A stretch of 64,000 bases of DNA, taken from Halobacteriota archaeon (lineage in GTDB: Archaea > Halobacteriota > Bog-38 > Methanoflorentales > Methanoflorentaceae). The position numbers and the translations under genes were made by a program. The notes under the pieces are model-generated. The model had not been told where the DNA came from. It was given only the letters and a program-made list of their open reading frames with translations, and did no database searches. Location of the stretch: contig JBEKIR010000001.1 in assembly GCA_050011655.1 (NCBI GenBank), forward strand, positions 4,519 through 68,518, given 5' to 3'. Positions 29,963 to 40,807 of the stretch are shown piece after piece; the first letter of the stretch is position 1; each line of letters begins with the position of its first letter.

Positions 29963-30688
29963 TCAGGCTCGGGCTATCGTAACGAATCCAGTGTGACCGA
30001 CTCGTGTCGCAGGGCGAGTACCTCTCTTTCCAAACTGCATTTCCCGCTCAATCACCTCAAACGTCTTGATTTGAGTGAAGCGCGCAAGCGCCCTGCGTGC
30101 TCCAAAAGCCTGCTCATAGAACGGGGAGAAGGTTGCGATGAACCCACCAGGAGCCAAATATTCCTTTACCACTCCGATTGCTTTGACGATTTCGTACAAA
30201 TCGAGCGTGATGACGTCGAACTCTACCTCTGAGGTCATTTCGAGCACGTCGCCTTCAACGATATCAATGTTCGTCAGTCCTGCGTGCCTCACATTCTGCG
30301 CAGCGCGCTTAGCAAAACCGCCGTTGATCTCGTACGAAGTCACGTGTTCGGCGACGCTTCCCAAAAAGATCGCTGTGATTCCCGACCCTGTGCCTGCGTC
30401 AAGGACGATATCGTTATTGTTCAAACCCGTATGAGCGACTATGACGCCGATGTCCTTCGGCATCATGGGCGCGCCCGTTCGCTTCAAGTGACGAAAATAG
30501 TCAGGAGCGCGGGGTCTCAGCACCTTGAATTCCGTGCCCAGGTGTGTGGTAATTATGCTGCCATACTCCAGAGCTTGCAGAATCTCGAGGTTGATGACGC
30601 CAGCGTCGGTGTGAAGCTCTCCCTCGGATCTAACTAAGAACTGCCTTTCAGCGTTCGCGACAGACACCAAAAGTGCGTTCTCTATCAT
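29963..30688 (-). CDS. trmI: tRNA (adenine-N1)-methyltransferase TrmI
   Basis: PKDIGVIV, LDAGTGSG, DVITLD, PFYEQ, RVGHTGF. Confidence 0.92.
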   Translation of the reverse strand: MIENALLVSVANAERQFLVRSEGELHTDAGVINLEILQALEYGSIITTHLGTEFKVLRPRAPDYFRHLKRTGAPMMPKDIGVIVAHTGLNNNDIVLDAGTGSGITAIFLGSVAEHVTSYEINGGFAKRAAQNVRHAGLTNIDIVEGDVLEMTSEVEFDVITLDLYEIVKAIGVVKEYLAPGGFIATFSPFYEQAFGARRALARFTQIKTFEVIEREMQFGKRGTRPATRVGHTGFVTIARA

Positions 30689-30697
30689 ATTTTGCGG

Positions 30698-31048
30698 CTA
30701 CTGCCCCTTCAACTTGAGAATGGCATCAGCGAGATCTCCTCCGGAAGTCACGATGGCTTCTCGCGCAGCATCCTCGCTGACTCCAGCCTGTTCTGTAACT
30801 ATCTTGACGTCTTCGTCGTTCACTTTCGCACGCTCTGTCGGCTCCCCGGATATCTGATAGTTCTTGGTTCCTTGCGCCGTCATCACGGTCACCGTTGCGT
30901 CTTCGAAAATGAGTTCTTTATCAGAAAGCTGGATGATCACCCGCTCGACGTTTTCCAACTCTTCGACGTCGATCCCCATTTGTTTCATCATCTGCTGTAG
31001 CCTTTTGGGACTCATTCCCCGCATACCTGGAATCATAGAATCACCCAC
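30698..31048 (-). CDS. nac: Nascent polypeptide-associated complex protein
   Basis: MMKQMGIDVEEL, YQISG, C-terminal UBA-like GDLADAIL. Confidence 0.95.
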   Translation of the reverse strand: MGDSMIPGMRGMSPKRLQQMMKQMGIDVEELENVERVIIQLSDKELIFEDATVTVMTAQGTKNYQISGEPTERAKVNDEDVKIVTEQAGVSEDAAREAIVTSGGDLADAILKLKGQ

Positions 31049-31118
31049 GGTAATGACACATTCAAAGGATTTTTACGTTATGGTGCAGAATTCAAAAAGT
31101 CGAAAAGCAGGTGGGTCG

Positions 31119-31577
31119 TCAATCCGTCTTACGGAACCCTTGCCTCGTTTTTACTGCCACTCCCTTGTTGAACGCACACATCTCTAGTGGGCTCAGGAGG
31201 GCCCGGCCTGTCGCTAGTAGCGCGTCGCGTTCGTCGACTAAGAGCACCTCGTCCTGCGCCCTCAAATCAGGGTCAGCACTTATCACGTGTTTTGCAAAGG
31301 CCGTTTTTCCCGCCCCGACGAACGGCGCAGATTCGGCGTTCACGATAACTCGCAGCTTCGGATCCGAAAAACGTGCGTGGAGTCGACGCGCTCCTAATTC
31401 GCCTAACGTGAAAAGTCCGTCAGACGCACGCAATGTTGCGACTCTAATTCCGCCGTCGAGAACCTGACTGACCCTTCGTGTTCGCGACAGCGTGAAAGTG
31501 ATCGTTTCTGGAAAGAGACTCTCTCCGGCACCAGACCCGAACTGGTAATCTGCAATGATCCGGACGCGTCGCAGCAC
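31119..31577 (-). CDS. PUA-domain protein (archaeosine tRNA-ribosyltransferase C-terminal-like)
   Basis: IADYQFGSGAG, TLRASDG, GKTAFAKHV, GVAVKTR. Confidence 0.88.
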   Translation of the reverse strand: MLRRVRIIADYQFGSGAGESLFPETITFTLSRTRRVSQVLDGGIRVATLRASDGLFTLGELGARRLHARFSDPKLRVIVNAESAPFVGAGKTAFAKHVISADPDLRAQDEVLLVDERDALLATGRALLSPLEMCAFNKGVAVKTRQGFRKTD

Positions 31578-31597
31578 AAGCGTTATATCTCTACGCT

Positions 31598-33067
31598 ATG
31601 CATTTTAGGTTTATGCCTCTCGAGCCGTTATCTGCTGAAGAGATGCGGCGCATCGACGAAAACTGCGTTGGGCTCGGCATTTCTAAGCTGCAGCTCATGG
31701 AAAATGCGGGAAAGGCCGTTGCGGAACGCGTAAGGCACCTCTGCAAAGGTGCACGCGGCTCTTCCAAGACAATAGCTATCATCTGCGGTCTAGGGAACAA
31801 CGGGGGCGATGGCTTCGTTGCGGCTCGGCATCTGTCGCGCGAATTTGCCGTTCACGTGGTGTTAGTCGGCCATGAGAAAGCCCTGAAGACTGAAGAAGCC
31901 CGAAAGAATTGGAAGATTTTGGAACATTTAGATCATTCGGTGACGCTTTGTCAAGGCGCTTCAATTTTTAGCGCGGAAAGCCCTCTCACGAAGTTAGAAA
32001 GTTATGACCTTCTTGTCGACGCCATTCTTGGAATCGGGCTGGCAGGGCCCATGCGCGAGCCAGAACGAACCGTCATTCACCTAATCAATCAAGCAAAAAT
32101 CAAGAAACTGTCAGTCGACGTGCCAAGTGGCTATCGCACAGAGACTGCGGTCGAGTCAGATTATCTGGTCACCTTTCACGGCCTCAAAGCTGGCACACGA
32201 TCAAAGGGAACCACAGTTTGCGATATTGGGATTCCGCTAGAAGCGGAACTATGCACTGGCCCGGGAGATCTGTTGCTGCAACGGCACGCCGAAAGTCACA
32301 AGGGCGAAAATGGGCGGGTGCTGATTATTGGCGGTGGCCCTTATCCGGGCGCGCCAACGTTTGCTGCTATGGCGGCGATGAGAAGCGGGGTCGATATCGT
32401 GACTGTCGCCTCACCAAACGCTGAAATCATAGCAGGATTCAGTCCGAACCTCATAGTTCGAAAGATAGGCATCGACCGATTCACCACACGAGACGTTGAG
32501 AGTCTGATCGAGCTAATTGCCCAGCACGATTCCGTGGTGCTGGGTCCTGGTCTCGGTGCTGACGCAGAGACGATCCGAGCTGCAAGCGCGCTAATAACTG
32601 CTTCTAACAACCTAACGCTCGACGCAGACGCGCTCCGTGGCCTTGCAAGCTCAGAATATGAGGAGGGCAAAATAGCTGTCACGCCACACCTTGGCGAGTT
32701 TGCAGCTCTGACGGGTGCCGTAGTTCCAAGCACGCTTCAAGAAAGAATAGAGGCGGTAAAAGCTTTTTCGCGAGATTGGAGTGTAGTAACACTGCTAAAG
32801 GGTCGCATCGATATCATCTCAGATGGAACGAAACATAGGCTCAACAAGACCGGTAACGCCGCGATGACGGTCGGGGGTACTGGCGACGTCCTAGCAGGGC
32901 TCGTTGGCGCTCTCTCAACGTCCCTAGACAAAATGCAAGCAGCTTCAGCAGCTGCGTACCTTAATGGTCGTGCCGGCGACTTGGCATATTCCCGCTTTGG
33001 ATACAGCCTCTTGGCAACAGACGTTATTGATTGCATTGCAGACGTTTTGTCTGGAAGATCACAATGA
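31598..33067 (+). CDS. nnr: Bifunctional NAD(P)H-hydrate epimerase/dehydratase (NnrE-NnrD)
   Basis: LMENAG, GNNGGDG, DVPSG, SHKGENG, TPHLGEF, GGTGDVLAG. Confidence 0.95.
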   Translation: MHFRFMPLEPLSAEEMRRIDENCVGLGISKLQLMENAGKAVAERVRHLCKGARGSSKTIAIICGLGNNGGDGFVAARHLSREFAVHVVLVGHEKALKTEEARKNWKILEHLDHSVTLCQGASIFSAESPLTKLESYDLLVDAILGIGLAGPMREPERTVIHLINQAKIKKLSVDVPSGYRTETAVESDYLVTFHGLKAGTRSKGTTVCDIGIPLEAELCTGPGDLLLQRHAESHKGENGRVLIIGGGPYPGAPTFAAMAAMRSGVDIVTVASPNAEIIAGFSPNLIVRKIGIDRFTTRDVESLIELIAQHDSVVLGPGLGADAETIRAASALITASNNLTLDADALRGLASSEYEEGKIAVTPHLGEFAALTGAVVPSTLQERIEAVKAFSRDWSVVTLLKGRIDIISDGTKHRLNKTGNAAMTVGGTGDVLAGLVGALSTSLDKMQAASAAAYLNGRAGDLAYSRFGYSLLATDVIDCIADVLSGRSQ

Positions 33068-33213
33068 TTGGCGCTCCGCCCCCTTGCGAGCCGCCACGTT
33101 CTATGTAGCAGCGAAGTGCACAATCTGACTGCAATCAAGCGAAAAACCAACCCGAAGCAAGACAGCAAACGAAGACCGTTGAAGTGATACCGCTCAGCAG
33201 GGGCTGCCGGTGC

Positions 33214-34161
33214 TCACGCCTGGGGATTTACAGATGCGCGTGCGCTCGCTCGCTTGACGCCGAGGTAGGCCCACTGGTCGTAAATGCTGGTGTCGTCTCG
33301 GTTGTCGATAATTTCGCCTTCGATGCCAAATTCCAGCATTGTTTTGTAAATGAAAGCGGCCTCTTCTTTCTTTTGCGCTGTAAACAGCAGAAGCCCCTCA
33401 CTAATGACCTCGGCAGCCTCTGACAATATCTTCCGCCAATCGCGTTTGTTGAACTCGTAAATGGCCCCCAGCATGAAGCCAGCGACGCACCTAAACTTGT
33501 GGTACTTGGCGATTTCGTATTCCGCTAGGCAACGGGCGTCCATCACCAGTGTGTTTTCTTTGGTAAGAGCGCCGTACAATAACCCCTCACAAACTGCGCA
33601 TTTATCGTTATCTATAGCATATACGTTGTAACCAAGTTCGCGGAGCGCAGCGGTGGCCATGCCGTTCCCGCAGCACACCTCCAGCATCTCTCCCGCATCC
33701 AAATCGTAGAATAGCTCGATTTTAGTCTTAAAAAATAACTGTAAGCGCTCCTGACGCTCAGGCGAGTATGCTAGTACCTGAGCTCGTCTTCCGCCGTAAC
33801 ATTCACAGGATTCACCGCTCACTAGCAGGTCGCACAAAAGTGCGCATACCGCCGCGTGAAAATCGGCTGCCTCGATCACACACGATCGCTTATTGTCGGA
33901 TTTGGCAGCCTGATACAGCGCTCTGGCATAGCTATCGAACTCTGAATCAAACCGGACGATGTCGGTCACTAACGTCCAAAAATCCTGCTTGAAGGCAATT
34001 CCGCGTATTTGGCCGTCACAGACGAACGAAACGATCGCGTCAATTGGTGAATCAAGCATCTCTCGAAGAAGATACTTCGAGAAAGTAGTATCTCTTAGGC
34101 CTGCGTACGTGTCATCTACGAGCAGTACACTCGTCGCGCTAAGCAGCTGCTTCAGATCCAT
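33214..34161 (-). CDS. Uncharacterised class I SAM-dependent methyltransferase-like protein
   Basis: MLEVCCGNGMAT motif I, YAIDND; start at ATG 34161 abutting the pyrD stop. Confidence 0.72.
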   Translation of the reverse strand: MDLKQLLSATSVLLVDDTYAGLRDTTFSKYLLREMLDSPIDAIVSFVCDGQIRGIAFKQDFWTLVTDIVRFDSEFDSYARALYQAAKSDNKRSCVIEAADFHAAVCALLCDLLVSGESCECYGGRRAQVLAYSPERQERLQLFFKTKIELFYDLDAGEMLEVCCGNGMATAALRELGYNVYAIDNDKCAVCEGLLYGALTKENTLVMDARCLAEYEIAKYHKFRCVAGFMLGAIYEFNKRDWRKILSEAAEVISEGLLLFTAQKKEEAAFIYKTMLEFGIEGEIIDNRDDTSIYDQWAYLGVKRASARASVNPQA

Positions 34162-34162
34162 T

Positions 34163-35101
34163 TCAATGACACTCGTGTGCACTTCCGACCGCGTCTTCAA
34201 GTGTTATGCCTTTCCTGGCAAGGTAGCGGTCGATTCCGTCCGCCACACGCTTAAAAATCGACAGATCTCTGGCCACCGCCGACCCGATCTGAATGGCCTT
34301 CGCTCCTGCCATAATGAGCTCCAAGGCGTCCTCGTAACTGCTGACCCCTCCGACCCCAACAATAGGGATCCTGAGGGCTTCGTAGAGATCGTAAACACAT
34401 TTAACCGCTACCGGCCTTATCGCACTGCCTGAAAGTCCGCCAAATACGTTACCCAAGACAGGCCTCCCGCTTTCCACATCGATCGCCATTCCCTTGACGG
34501 TGTTTATCGCCACTACGGCATCAGCTCCACCTTTTTCTGCTGCGTGACCTATTTCTGTGATATCAGTTACGTTAGGGGTGAGCTTAACCCACACAGGGAG
34601 GTCGACCTGTTTTTTCACGGAGCGCGTAATAGACTGGACCAGCGCCGGCTCTGACCCAACTTCGATTCCATACCCCCGGGCATGGGGGCAGCTTAGGTTA
34701 AGCTCGAGGGCGTCGGCGAACCGGCAAAACGCCCTGGCTAGCTCAACGAATTCGTCTGCGTTGGCGCCAAATACGCTGACGATTAGTGGTTTTCGTTCGG
34801 CTGCGGCGGCCAGCTGCTGAAGTTCGCCGGTAAACGCGAGTCCAGCGTTGGGTAATCCAAGCGCGTTGAGAAACCCGGACGAGGTCTCAACGAGGACGGG
34901 CCCAGGATGACCTTGGCGGGGCATAAGACCTACTGACTTTGTCACTACGCCTCCGGCACCGCACGCCATGACACGCCTTAGCGAAGATGCAGCAGATCCC
35001 ATAATCCCTGCGGCGAGCACCGTGGGGTTAGTAAGCGTCAGTTTGCCGATGTGGACATCCAATTCATCACTTCCAGCCGACAAACTATAAATTTGCCCCA
35101 A
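34163..35101 (-). CDS. pyrD: Dihydroorotate dehydrogenase, family 1B catalytic subunit
   Basis: [37 protein letters not shown]. Confidence 0.96.
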   Translation of the reverse strand: MGQIYSLSAGSDELDVHIGKLTLTNPTVLAAGIMGSAASSLRRVMACGAGGVVTKSVGLMPRQGHPGPVLVETSSGFLNALGLPNAGLAFTGELQQLAAAAERKPLIVSVFGANADEFVELARAFCRFADALELNLSCPHARGYGIEVGSEPALVQSITRSVKKQVDLPVWVKLTPNVTDITEIGHAAEKGGADAVVAINTVKGMAIDVESGRPVLGNVFGGLSGSAIRPVAVKCVYDLYEALRIPIVGVGGVSSYEDALELIMAGAKAIQIGSAVARDLSIFKRVADGIDRYLARKGITLEDAVGSAHECH

Positions 35102-35183
35102 GATATATAGAACCGTCTATCACTCTAAATAGGCGCCATCGCATCCGTTGCGAAGACTGGCGCAACTGACGACAAAATGAGAC

Positions 35184-36089
35184 ATGGCACACATCAAAAC
35201 TTGGTTTGGAGATATCGAACTGCACAACGACGAGATTGTCAGCTCGCAGGTCTTGAAGGCAGACATCGACGCCATGGCACAGCGCTTACAGCGAGAGGAC
35301 TTTGCCGATTTCGATAAGGAATGTAGAGGTCGTCTCAGGGAGATAGCGATCAAACTTCAAGTTGTCAGCTCCGAGCGCGAATACGTTTCACTACTTCGCG
35401 CTATTATGATACAACGCGCGAAGGAACGGATAGTCACAGCGTTTGCGCAGCCCGACGCGCGCATCATCCAACTAATCGATGGTATCGACGACATTGATGA
35501 ATCGATAAACTTGCTCTCTGAACGACTTTCGGAGTGGTGTTTGCTCACGTCGGAGACGTCTATGCCAGAGGACCTACTGGAAGCTTTTGCCTCCTCACCT
35601 TCCGCACAGTCACCGCTGGCGCAAGAATTTGCCGGTTCCATAAGCCGACTTTGCGAATTGAGACAGGAGATAGCAAACGCCATCGAGCTTGAAATGCGCA
35701 CCACTGCCCCCAATCTCTCCACGCTCGCTGGTGAATTGCTCGGGGCGCGGTTAATCGCTCGAGCAGGTGGCCTAGGGCCACTCGCAAGAATGCCGGCTAG
35801 CAGGATTCAGGTAATAGGCGCTTCCAAGGCGCTATTCAGGCACATAAAGTACGGCACAAAACCGCCCAAGCACGGAGTTATTTTTCAACATCCGCTCGTT
35901 CGCGGCAGTCACCCGAACAACAGAGGAAAGATTGCAAGAATCTTAGCTGCAAAAATAGCCATTGCGGCTCGTTTAGACTTCTATTCAAAAAAGGTCTATC
36001 CTGAACTATTAAGTCAAGTGGAAAAACGAGTTGGCGAACTGCAGACCGCGGAGCGCAACCCCAAACAACATGAAGATAAGAAGCCATAA
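35184..36089 (+). CDS. nop5: C/D box sRNP protein Nop5 (Nop56/58)
   Basis: APNLSTLAG..LGARLI, MPASRIQVIGA, PPKHGVIFQHP, RGKIAR. Confidence 0.95.
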   Translation: MAHIKTWFGDIELHNDEIVSSQVLKADIDAMAQRLQREDFADFDKECRGRLREIAIKLQVVSSEREYVSLLRAIMIQRAKERIVTAFAQPDARIIQLIDGIDDIDESINLLSERLSEWCLLTSETSMPEDLLEAFASSPSAQSPLAQEFAGSISRLCELRQEIANAIELEMRTTAPNLSTLAGELLGARLIARAGGLGPLARMPASRIQVIGASKALFRHIKYGTKPPKHGVIFQHPLVRGSHPNNRGKIARILAAKIAIAARLDFYSKKVYPELLSQVEKRVGELQTAERNPKQHEDKKP

Positions 36090-36696
36090 GGTCCCTGGAG
36101 TTTTTTTACTGGATAAGCAGTTAGCCACGAAAGGCGAAGCCCTGTACGGGGAGAGGACATTCGACGGCTACCGGCTTTGGAATCCGCGAAGGAGTAAGCT
36201 GGCGGCATTATTGACGAAGCAGGCGCAAGTGCCTCTGGCGCCTGAGCAGATTGTGCTCTACTTAGGGGCCGCATCGGGGACGACTGTCTCGCACCTAGCC
36301 AACATTGTTTCACTCGTGTATGCCGTAGAGTTTGCGCCACGCGTGGCACGGGACCTCGTTCGTTTGTCAGAGCGCGTGACGAATATCGTCCCCCTGATTT
36401 CAGATGCTGCGCAGCCTGACTATGGACCTGTTGTGGAACTTGTTGATCTGCTGTACCAGGACATCGCACAGCCGAGACAAGCTGAAATCGCTGTTAAAAA
36501 CGCCGAATTGTTCTTGAAACCACGCGGCTACGCTTGCATCATAATTAAAGCGCGAAGCATTGATGTCACGGCGAAACCCAAAACAGTCTATAAACGAGAA
36601 GTCAAGAAATTAGAAGAGCTATTTGACATTGAGTCCGTCCATGAGCTCGAACCGTTTTATAAGGCGCACGCAGCAGTCATTGCACGCTTAGCTTGA
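36070..36696 (+). CDS. flpA: Fibrillarin-like rRNA/tRNA 2'-O-methyltransferase
   Basis: WNPRRSKLAA, LYLGAASGTTVSH, YQDIAQP, KARSIDVT. Confidence 0.96.
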   Translation: MKIRSHKVPGVFLLDKQLATKGEALYGERTFDGYRLWNPRRSKLAALLTKQAQVPLAPEQIVLYLGAASGTTVSHLANIVSLVYAVEFAPRVARDLVRLSERVTNIVPLISDAAQPDYGPVVELVDLLYQDIAQPRQAEIAVKNAELFLKPRGYACIIIKARSIDVTAKPKTVYKREVKKLEELFDIESVHELEPFYKAHAAVIARLA

Positions 36697-36828
36697 TTGC
36701 GCAAGAATCATTATAGCACGCAGATCGCAGCCTACAGTTTATTCTTTTTTGCCGCGTGCGATTCCAAACCGGCAAAACTTTTTAACGAATCACGTGTATG
36801 CTAGTTACAGTTCAATAACGAGGATAAA

Positions 36829-37350
36829 ATGGCACGCAAACCAGCTAAGATGTATAGAAGGGTCACAGGACCCGCCTATACAAGGAAGTCTTATATGGGG
36901 GGGATCCCTGGAAGCAAGATTTCACAATTCGATACCGGCAACCTAAGTGCCGATTTCAAGGTGGCAGTTTCACTCAGCGTTGATGAACCGTGCCAAATAC
37001 GACATATTGCGCTGGAAGCCGCCAGGATCGCAGCGAACCGTTACCTGATGAAATCAACAGGCAGGCTGAATTTCCGGCTGAAGCTCCGCGTCTATCCGCA
37101 CCAAGTGCTGCGAGAGAACAAGATGGCCACCGGCGCTGGGGCTGATCGGGTTCAGGATGGGATGAGGGGGGCATTTGGAAAGGCAGTAGGAACCGCCGCC
37201 CGCGTAGCCTCTGACCAAAAAGTGTTTACGGTGTTTGTAAATCCTCCTAACTTTTTAAAAGCCAAAGAGGCGCTGCGGAGAGCTTCGATGAAAGTGCCAC
37301 CGCCGTGCAGAATTGTCATAGACGAAGGGTTTGAACTCATCAAAGCATGA
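36829..37350 (+). CDS. rpl10e: 50S ribosomal protein uL16 (L10e)
   Basis: [35 protein letters not shown]. Confidence 0.97.
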   Translation: MARKPAKMYRRVTGPAYTRKSYMGGIPGSKISQFDTGNLSADFKVAVSLSVDEPCQIRHIALEAARIAANRYLMKSTGRLNFRLKLRVYPHQVLRENKMATGAGADRVQDGMRGAFGKAVGTAARVASDQKVFTVFVNPPNFLKAKEALRRASMKVPPPCRIVIDEGFELIKA

Positions 37351-38014
37351 CGCTAACGGAACCGCTGTAAATTGTGATAGTCAGAAGAAGGTGTATAGTA
37401 CGGATAGTTATGAAAACTACTTGGATCGCGGCATCAAAAACTTGCCTCAGACAATAATAGCTGCGGAACGTTTTTCGATACCTGTACCGCGGGTGTTTAT
37501 CGAAGGAAGAATGACTGTTTTTGAGAATTTCAGCGAAATCAGCGACGTGTTAAATAGAAATCCTGAGCACGTGCTCAAATTTCTATTGCGAGAACTCGGA
37601 ACTGCAGGCAAGATGGACGGAGGGCGGGTCATTTTTCAGGGCAGATTTTCGCAAGAGATGATAGCCGGCCTCATCGAAGATTATGTTGCGGAGTACGTAA
37701 TTTGCTCAGAATGCAATAGACCAGACACACATCTAACGAAGAGTGATAGAACGGTTATGCTAAAGTGTGACGCGTGCGGCGCTCACAGGCCCATACGGAA
37801 ACGATATGTGAAGAAGGAAAGCGCGGCCAGTGCGCTTGAAGAGGGGAGCGTCTACGATGTGCGGATCGAAGCCGTCGGCAAGCGAGGAGACGGGATTGCC
37901 AAGGTCGGCAAATACTCGCTGTTCGTTCCGGGCGCGGGCAAGGGAGACACCGTAAAGGTACGAGTCAAGAAGATCTCGGGCACTCTCGCATTCACCGAAA
38001 AAGTACCAGGTTAA
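37331..38014 (+). CDS. eif2b: Translation initiation factor aIF2 beta with C-terminal TRAM domain
   Basis: [36 protein letters not shown]; true start probably downstream of 37331. Confidence 0.94.
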   Translation: MNSSKHDANGTAVNCDSQKKVYSTDSYENYLDRGIKNLPQTIIAAERFSIPVPRVFIEGRMTVFENFSEISDVLNRNPEHVLKFLLRELGTAGKMDGGRVIFQGRFSQEMIAGLIEDYVAEYVICSECNRPDTHLTKSDRTVMLKCDACGAHRPIRKRYVKKESAASALEEGSVYDVRIEAVGKRGDGIAKVGKYSLFVPGAGKGDTVKVRVKKISGTLAFTEKVPG

Positions 38015-38032
38015 GACGATCTCAAGACGGCC

Positions 38033-38377
38033 ACGAGGCACTTCACAGCCGTAAGGCACAATCCCGCCGCTTCAGGAGATTTTTCGCTTCACCAGGTGCC
38101 TCGCTGTGCAGGCAGCATCAAGTACTACGGCAATGCGTGAGCGCTTGATTTCTCGCGCCATTTTGTACGCGCCGTAATGCCCGGGTCGATTGTGGGTTGT
38201 GAGGACCCGATGCACCGAAAACGATGCATTTGGTTGGCTCAGAATTTAGGCCTTTATTTAGACAGCAGAAATACAGCGTGCTCAGTGAGGAGGCGCGGCA
38301 AGCGGACTTATGCACGATGAGCGGACCGGCTAAGCTCAAGACAATCACTGAATAACAAAGAACGGGAAGGACAGACG
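38033..38377 (+). pseudogene. trmY: Decayed remnant of tRNA (pseudouridine54-N1)-methyltransferase TrmY
   Basis: ACG in place of start, then RHF..SGDFSL..AG / VLRQCVSA*FL..RR..*GPDAPKT..GSEFR / DSRNTA across frameshifts; lies directly upstream of pus10. Confidence 0.7.
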
Positions 38378-39589
38378 ATGTTCGAAATAGTGACCTCAAT
38401 ATTGAGCGAAGGACCTATTTGCGACGATTGTCTGGGGCGTCAATTTGCAAAATGTTCTACGAACCTCACTAACAAACAGCGAGGACAGGCGATCCGAATC
38501 GTCAAGGCAATGCTTGACAACTCGCCAGTGAACATCCAAGAGTGGGAAGATGCTTATGGCATGTGCTGGGTTTGCGGAGGTCTGTTCAATAATCTAGATT
38601 CGTGGGTTGAACGATGTCTCGAACAGCTCTATGACTACGAGTTCGCGAATTTTCTAGTTGGAACTAAACTGACTGGCAGACTCGCTGAGAATGAAGAAAT
38701 ACTGTGGGCTGAGTCTAAAACGACGACAGCCGAGCCGCTCAAATCAGCGTTAAACAGAGAATTGGGCAAGCGTATCGAGCTTCTGACCGGCAATCAGGCA
38801 GAATTCAGCAGACCAGACATCTTGCTCATAGTCGACTTGGCCCGAGACAAGATTGGGATTCACGCGAATCCCCTTTTTTTGTACGGCCGATACCTAAAGT
38901 TCGTTAGGGGGTTGCCACAGACGAAATGGCCGTGTGGCGAGTGCGGCGGAAAAGGCTGCGCAAGGTGCAACCTAACTGGGAAAATGTACCCCGAATCCGT
39001 TCAGGAGCTGATAGGAGCCCACGTACTTAGCGCAAGCCGTGGCAAAGACGTGATATTTCACGGCGCTGGCAGAGAGGATGTCGACGCCCGCATGCTTGGA
39101 AACGGTAGGCCTTTTGTGCTGGAGATAAAATCCCCTCACAAAAGAAAAGTCGACCTTCACGAACTAGAGCAGGCGATAAACTCTTCGCAAAAAAAAATCG
39201 CGGTAAGTGATTTAGCCTTCGTTGACCACGAAACGGTCGTAAAAGTAAAAAACACCCTGTTGGACAAAGTTTATAGGCTTAAAGTGATATACGAACATCC
39301 GATTCGTAAGGAAAAGTTAAAAGAAGCGCTGAAGCGACTTGAAGGCGATATAGAACAAACAACCCCTCAACGAGTAGTGCATCGCCGTGCAGACTTGAAG
39401 CGACACAAAAAAGTGCATTCGGCCGAACTCACAGGTGATGAGATAATAATTCGGTGTGAGGGCGGGCTCTACGTAAAGGAGTTAATATCTGGAGACAATG
39501 ACAGAACTACTCCGAGCCTTTCAGGTCTTCTCGGCGTAAATGCAAAAGTTGAAGAGCTTGATGTACTAGAAGTTGGCGGAGGTCTCTAA
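38378..39589 (+). CDS. pus10: tRNA pseudouridine(54/55) synthase Pus10
   Basis: [49 protein letters not shown]. Confidence 0.96.
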   Translation: MFEIVTSILSEGPICDDCLGRQFAKCSTNLTNKQRGQAIRIVKAMLDNSPVNIQEWEDAYGMCWVCGGLFNNLDSWVERCLEQLYDYEFANFLVGTKLTGRLAENEEILWAESKTTTAEPLKSALNRELGKRIELLTGNQAEFSRPDILLIVDLARDKIGIHANPLFLYGRYLKFVRGLPQTKWPCGECGGKGCARCNLTGKMYPESVQELIGAHVLSASRGKDVIFHGAGREDVDARMLGNGRPFVLEIKSPHKRKVDLHELEQAINSSQKKIAVSDLAFVDHETVVKVKNTLLDKVYRLKVIYEHPIRKEKLKEALKRLEGDIEQTTPQRVVHRRADLKRHKKVHSAELTGDEIIIRCEGGLYVKELISGDNDRTTPSLSGLLGVNAKVEELDVLEVGGGL

Positions 39590-39888
39590 TGCCAAGATCA
39601 CACGGTGAGCGGAGGAAGACGCGGTACAAGCTGAAGAAAACCATCAGGGAACGAGGCATTGCTCCGGTAAGTCATGCAATCAGGAGCTTTGAAGCGGGCC
39701 AGAAAGTCCATATCGATCTAGACGCAAGCGTCCACAAGGGCATGCCGAATCCAAAGTTCCACGGCAGGACCGGAACAGTGCTCGGGCAACGCGGCCGCGC
39801 ATACGTAGTGGAAGTGACCGATGGCAACGCTGTAAAGACGGTAATAGCACGCCCGCAACATCTGAAAGCGCAGAAGCAGGCACAATGA
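39589..39888 (+). CDS. rpl21e: 50S ribosomal protein eL21
   Basis: [21 protein letters not shown]. Confidence 0.97.
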   Translation: MPRSHGERRKTRYKLKKTIRERGIAPVSHAIRSFEAGQKVHIDLDASVHKGMPNPKFHGRTGTVLGQRGRAYVVEVTDGNAVKTVIARPQHLKAQKQAQ

Positions 39889-40229
39889 TAGTAAAGACCG
39901 TGTTGGCAGAGGAGAACCTCACGCTTTCTGAGGTAAAAGAGATCTTCCTTGAACTGACAACGCCTCGATCCGAAGAAGAGTTCACCTACGAGTTCAGACG
40001 GGCCCTCGACCACGTCAAGACTTTTTCAAAACTCACGGGAGCGCAAGCCAGGCAGCTCGTCAACGAGCTAAAGAACCTCGAAAAGATGAAAGAGGAGATC
40101 GCGATCAGGATCGCTGACATAATACCGTTGTCCAAGGATGAGGTGCGATCCATCTACGCAAAAGAACGGTTTTCGCTGACAGAAGGGGAACTCAACGAAA
40201 TACTCGACATAGTAGCACGCTTTTATTGA
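39885..40229 (+). CDS. rpoF: RNA polymerase subunit Rpo4 (RpoF)
   Basis: [21 protein letters not shown]; conserved order after rpl21e. Confidence 0.94.
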   Translation: MIVKTVLAEENLTLSEVKEIFLELTTPRSEEEFTYEFRRALDHVKTFSKLTGAQARQLVNELKNLEKMKEEIAIRIADIIPLSKDEVRSIYAKERFSLTEGELNEILDIVARFY

Positions 40230-40246
40230 GGCCGGGGGCGATCTAA

Positions 40247-40804
40247 ATGAGAGGCGAGAGAGAGCAATATGTCCGCGTGCTAGACTATCTGCCACATGGG
40301 CACCCTGACGATCCTCACCCCGTTTACAGGAAGAAGCCCATCATCCACGTGGTGGGTGAGGAGAATTTCACCCTGCTCGAACTCATTCCACGCGAGAACT
40401 ATGTTCCACAGTCGTATGACCGCCTCTATATCGGAGAGGAGGAACGCAGCGAAATCGATCACGTTAAAAGGCGTTTGAGCTATAAGGAACTCACGCACGG
40501 TGCAAAGGTTGAGTTGCCTTACGCTCTTGAAATAATTGTCAAAGAGCAAGAGCCCAGGTTTGTGAGCTTCTTCAATGAAGCACAGCCGATAACGACCCGC
40601 CTCCATACCCTGGCGCTGCTCCCCGGTGTGGGCAAAAAGCTCATGTGGGAGATTCTTGCGGAACGCAAGAAACGGCCCTTCGATAGTTTTGCCGATATTT
40701 CAAACAGAGTGAGGGGCTTGTACCACCCGGAAAAAGTAATGGCAAAAAGAATCGAAGATGAGCTCAGAGATGAGCACGCTAAGTATAAGTTTTTTGCGAA
40801 ATAG
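40247..40804 (+). CDS. DUF655 RNA-binding protein
   Basis: VLDYLPHG, FTLLEL, TTRLHTLALLPGVGKK. Confidence 0.93.
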   Translation: MRGEREQYVRVLDYLPHGHPDDPHPVYRKKPIIHVVGEENFTLLELIPRENYVPQSYDRLYIGEEERSEIDHVKRRLSYKELTHGAKVELPYALEIIVKEQEPRFVSFFNEAQPITTRLHTLALLPGVGKKLMWEILAERKKRPFDSFADISNRVRGLYHPEKVMAKRIEDELRDEHAKYKFFAK

Positions 40805-40807
40805 CGA

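Noticed and set aside
38015..38377. SRP RNA or RNase P RNA in the eif2b-pus10 gap
   Set aside because: Diagnostic SRP helix-8 and RNase P P4 motifs are absent; better explained as a trmY remnant
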